Below the pieces are notes generated by a model. It had not been told where the DNA came from. It ran no database searches and saw nothing but the letters and a program-made list of their open reading frames with translations. Of a stretch of DNA of 64,000 bases, positions 62,001 to 64,000 are shown piece after piece. Made by a program: the position numbers and the translations under genes. Location: the NCBI RefSeq assembly GCF_009914755.1, contig NC_060931.1; one strand, 5' to 3'. Within the stretch, counting starts at the first letter, position 1; every line of letters starts with the position of its first letter. This DNA is from the human T2T-CHM13v2.0 reference genome, Homo sapiens.

Positions 62001-64000
62001 TTGTCTCAAACAGAGCAGCAGCTTTTTTGTTTCTTAAATTCCTACCCGATTGAATTGTCAGGTCTACCTTCTAATCTACTCAAAATAAGTGATATATTTC
62101 ACCAAAATTCAGAGAGTTTTTTCTGTAAATATCTGATTTGCATTTAATGAGCTACAAGTGCTTGACATTATCATCACAGCAATAAATGACTTTCTTGATG
62201 ACTACTCAAATGAACTCGCAGGACAGCTGTAAACCTTGGCTCTAATACAAAGGTATAACTCTCATTCTAATAACCTCACTTGTCCTTCTCTTGGTCCTTG
62301 GGCTTTCAAGGAGGAGAAAAAGACATAGCTTTCCTGGGGCTGTAGTTATTTGACTCATACTTACTTAACATAGCACTGTTATCCACCGCTTGTCCTGGTC
62401 ATAGCAAACATTGATAGAGATATACTTAATTGAAAGAACTAAAGGCTAATTAAGATAAATGTACAGACAAAGTAAATGAAAATTTTATGGAGGAGATAAA
62501 GTAAGATTTAAACAGGAAAATCAAGGTCACAATATGAGTGGCTATCACTGAATTTATACTAATAAAATGAAGAAAGGGGAAAAATCAGATAATTGAAATG
62601 ATACATGTTTTATGGGGAAAATCACATCACAAGGACAACTTTTGGATGATCACCAACAAAGGTAGGGCATATGATAGAAAACCTTCAAAAATGAAATATT
62701 TAACTCACAGAAAACAAACTATGTCAAGAAAAGTCACTCATGCAAGCAGACTAAAAAAGCTAATTCAATTGTTTGAATGATTAAGAACAATTACAGACAA
62801 AAATACTTGCTGTTGAAGAAAACAAGAATATTTCCCTCATGTTATCCAGGTTGACTGCCTGCATTAATCTAGTTTATTAGATTGATTAATCACTTAGCTT
62901 TGTTTTTATCAGCACAGCCTTAGTGTCTTAAAGCCTTAAGCCCTGTGGGGTATTCTTTAGTCTCATCATCTTCAAACTGAATCTTTGAATCAATTAATCT
63001 TAGAATGCATACTGATTGTGCTCCATGTACCTGTGTCTCAAAAATAATACCATTTGTGATTAAACATATTTTTTTATGTAAATCAGTATACCAAAACTCA
63101 ACATGATTATTTTTCAAAAAATGTAGCTGAATAAATAATGATGTTTATTAAGCATCAACTAACTACACGCTCACTCTTTCCTTATTTAATGGCCTTTACC
63201 AGAAACTGTTCAGCTCAATTTGTTATTTGTCTGTTTAACCAGATATTTCTCTATAACTCATCCGCAACTTCTCCAGGCTTAAAGGATTATTCTTATAATA
63301 CCTAAATTGCCTAGCATGTTTGGTCAGAGGAAGCCAAGCCTTTGCCACTTCCGATTTTAGAAAAACTCCACCAAATGCATTTGTGTTTTATGCAGCCTAA
63401 TGGTCACTTAGTCCCTTCTTCCTTCTTCTCTGGTTGTCCTCTGTTCTACGGTCAAGTTAGTTTAAATACTCCTGGTCTCCTACACTATTTCATCCTAAAG
63501 GAGAACACAAACTCTTCTCTCAGTTGTCCAAAGAAATTCTCAGACCTGGCTATCAATTTTAACAAAAATTCATCAAAATCTTGGGGACAATAGAAAGGTT
63601 AAAAAAAAAAGTTAACTAAACTGAGAAAAAAAATGTATACTCCCAGTCATACCTCCAGATTCTTCTACTGAATGAAGGTGCTCCCAACCCCCAGGCTACT
63701 GTCATTTCAAGAGGCCAGTTCACCCACCACATAGGAGTGACCAACCGCCTCAGACTCCCCTGACAGAAGTCAAGACTCTCACCCTCATGAGGTTCCTAGA
63801 GAAGAAACAAAAGCTTTCTTCTGTTGCTTTATGCAACTTTGTTGTCTTTATTTCTCTAAAAGTAAACCATCTCAAAATTCAAATTCATCTGAAAGAAAAT
63901 AAACTTTTCATTATTATTCACCAGTATTTTTCTTCTCATGCCTCTAATTATTCCCTTTCAGACTGGGGATATTGGCCTTTACATTAGAAAAATTTTAAAA

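Overview
This is an AT-rich, CpG-poor primate (almost certainly human) non-coding window, intergenic or deep-intronic. An AluYb8-type element supports the human call. I find no credible protein-coding gene, RNA gene, CpG island or CRISPR array. Every long ORF is a broken L1 ORF2 fragment, an Alu read-through or a translated microsatellite. The window is a mosaic of transposons: Alus, L1 copies from L1PA3 to L1M, L2/MIR, solo LTRs and a hAT DNA element. Subfamily names come from my recall of the consensus sequences and need RepeatMasker confirmation. The most unusual signals are insertion junctions. (1) An L1PA4-like insertion carries about 160 bp of multiply template-switched copies of its own flank at the 5' junction (43805-44027). 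(2) A 99-bp sequence from 8430-8528 is re-inserted about 3 kb away with an A-rich tail and a 14-bp target-site duplication (TSD). (3) An AluYb8 has its diagnostic 7-bp duplication triplicated. (4) Three L1s are 5'-inverted (twin-primed), and one also has an internal duplication of about 345 bp. I see no evidence of a new gene-encoded system.
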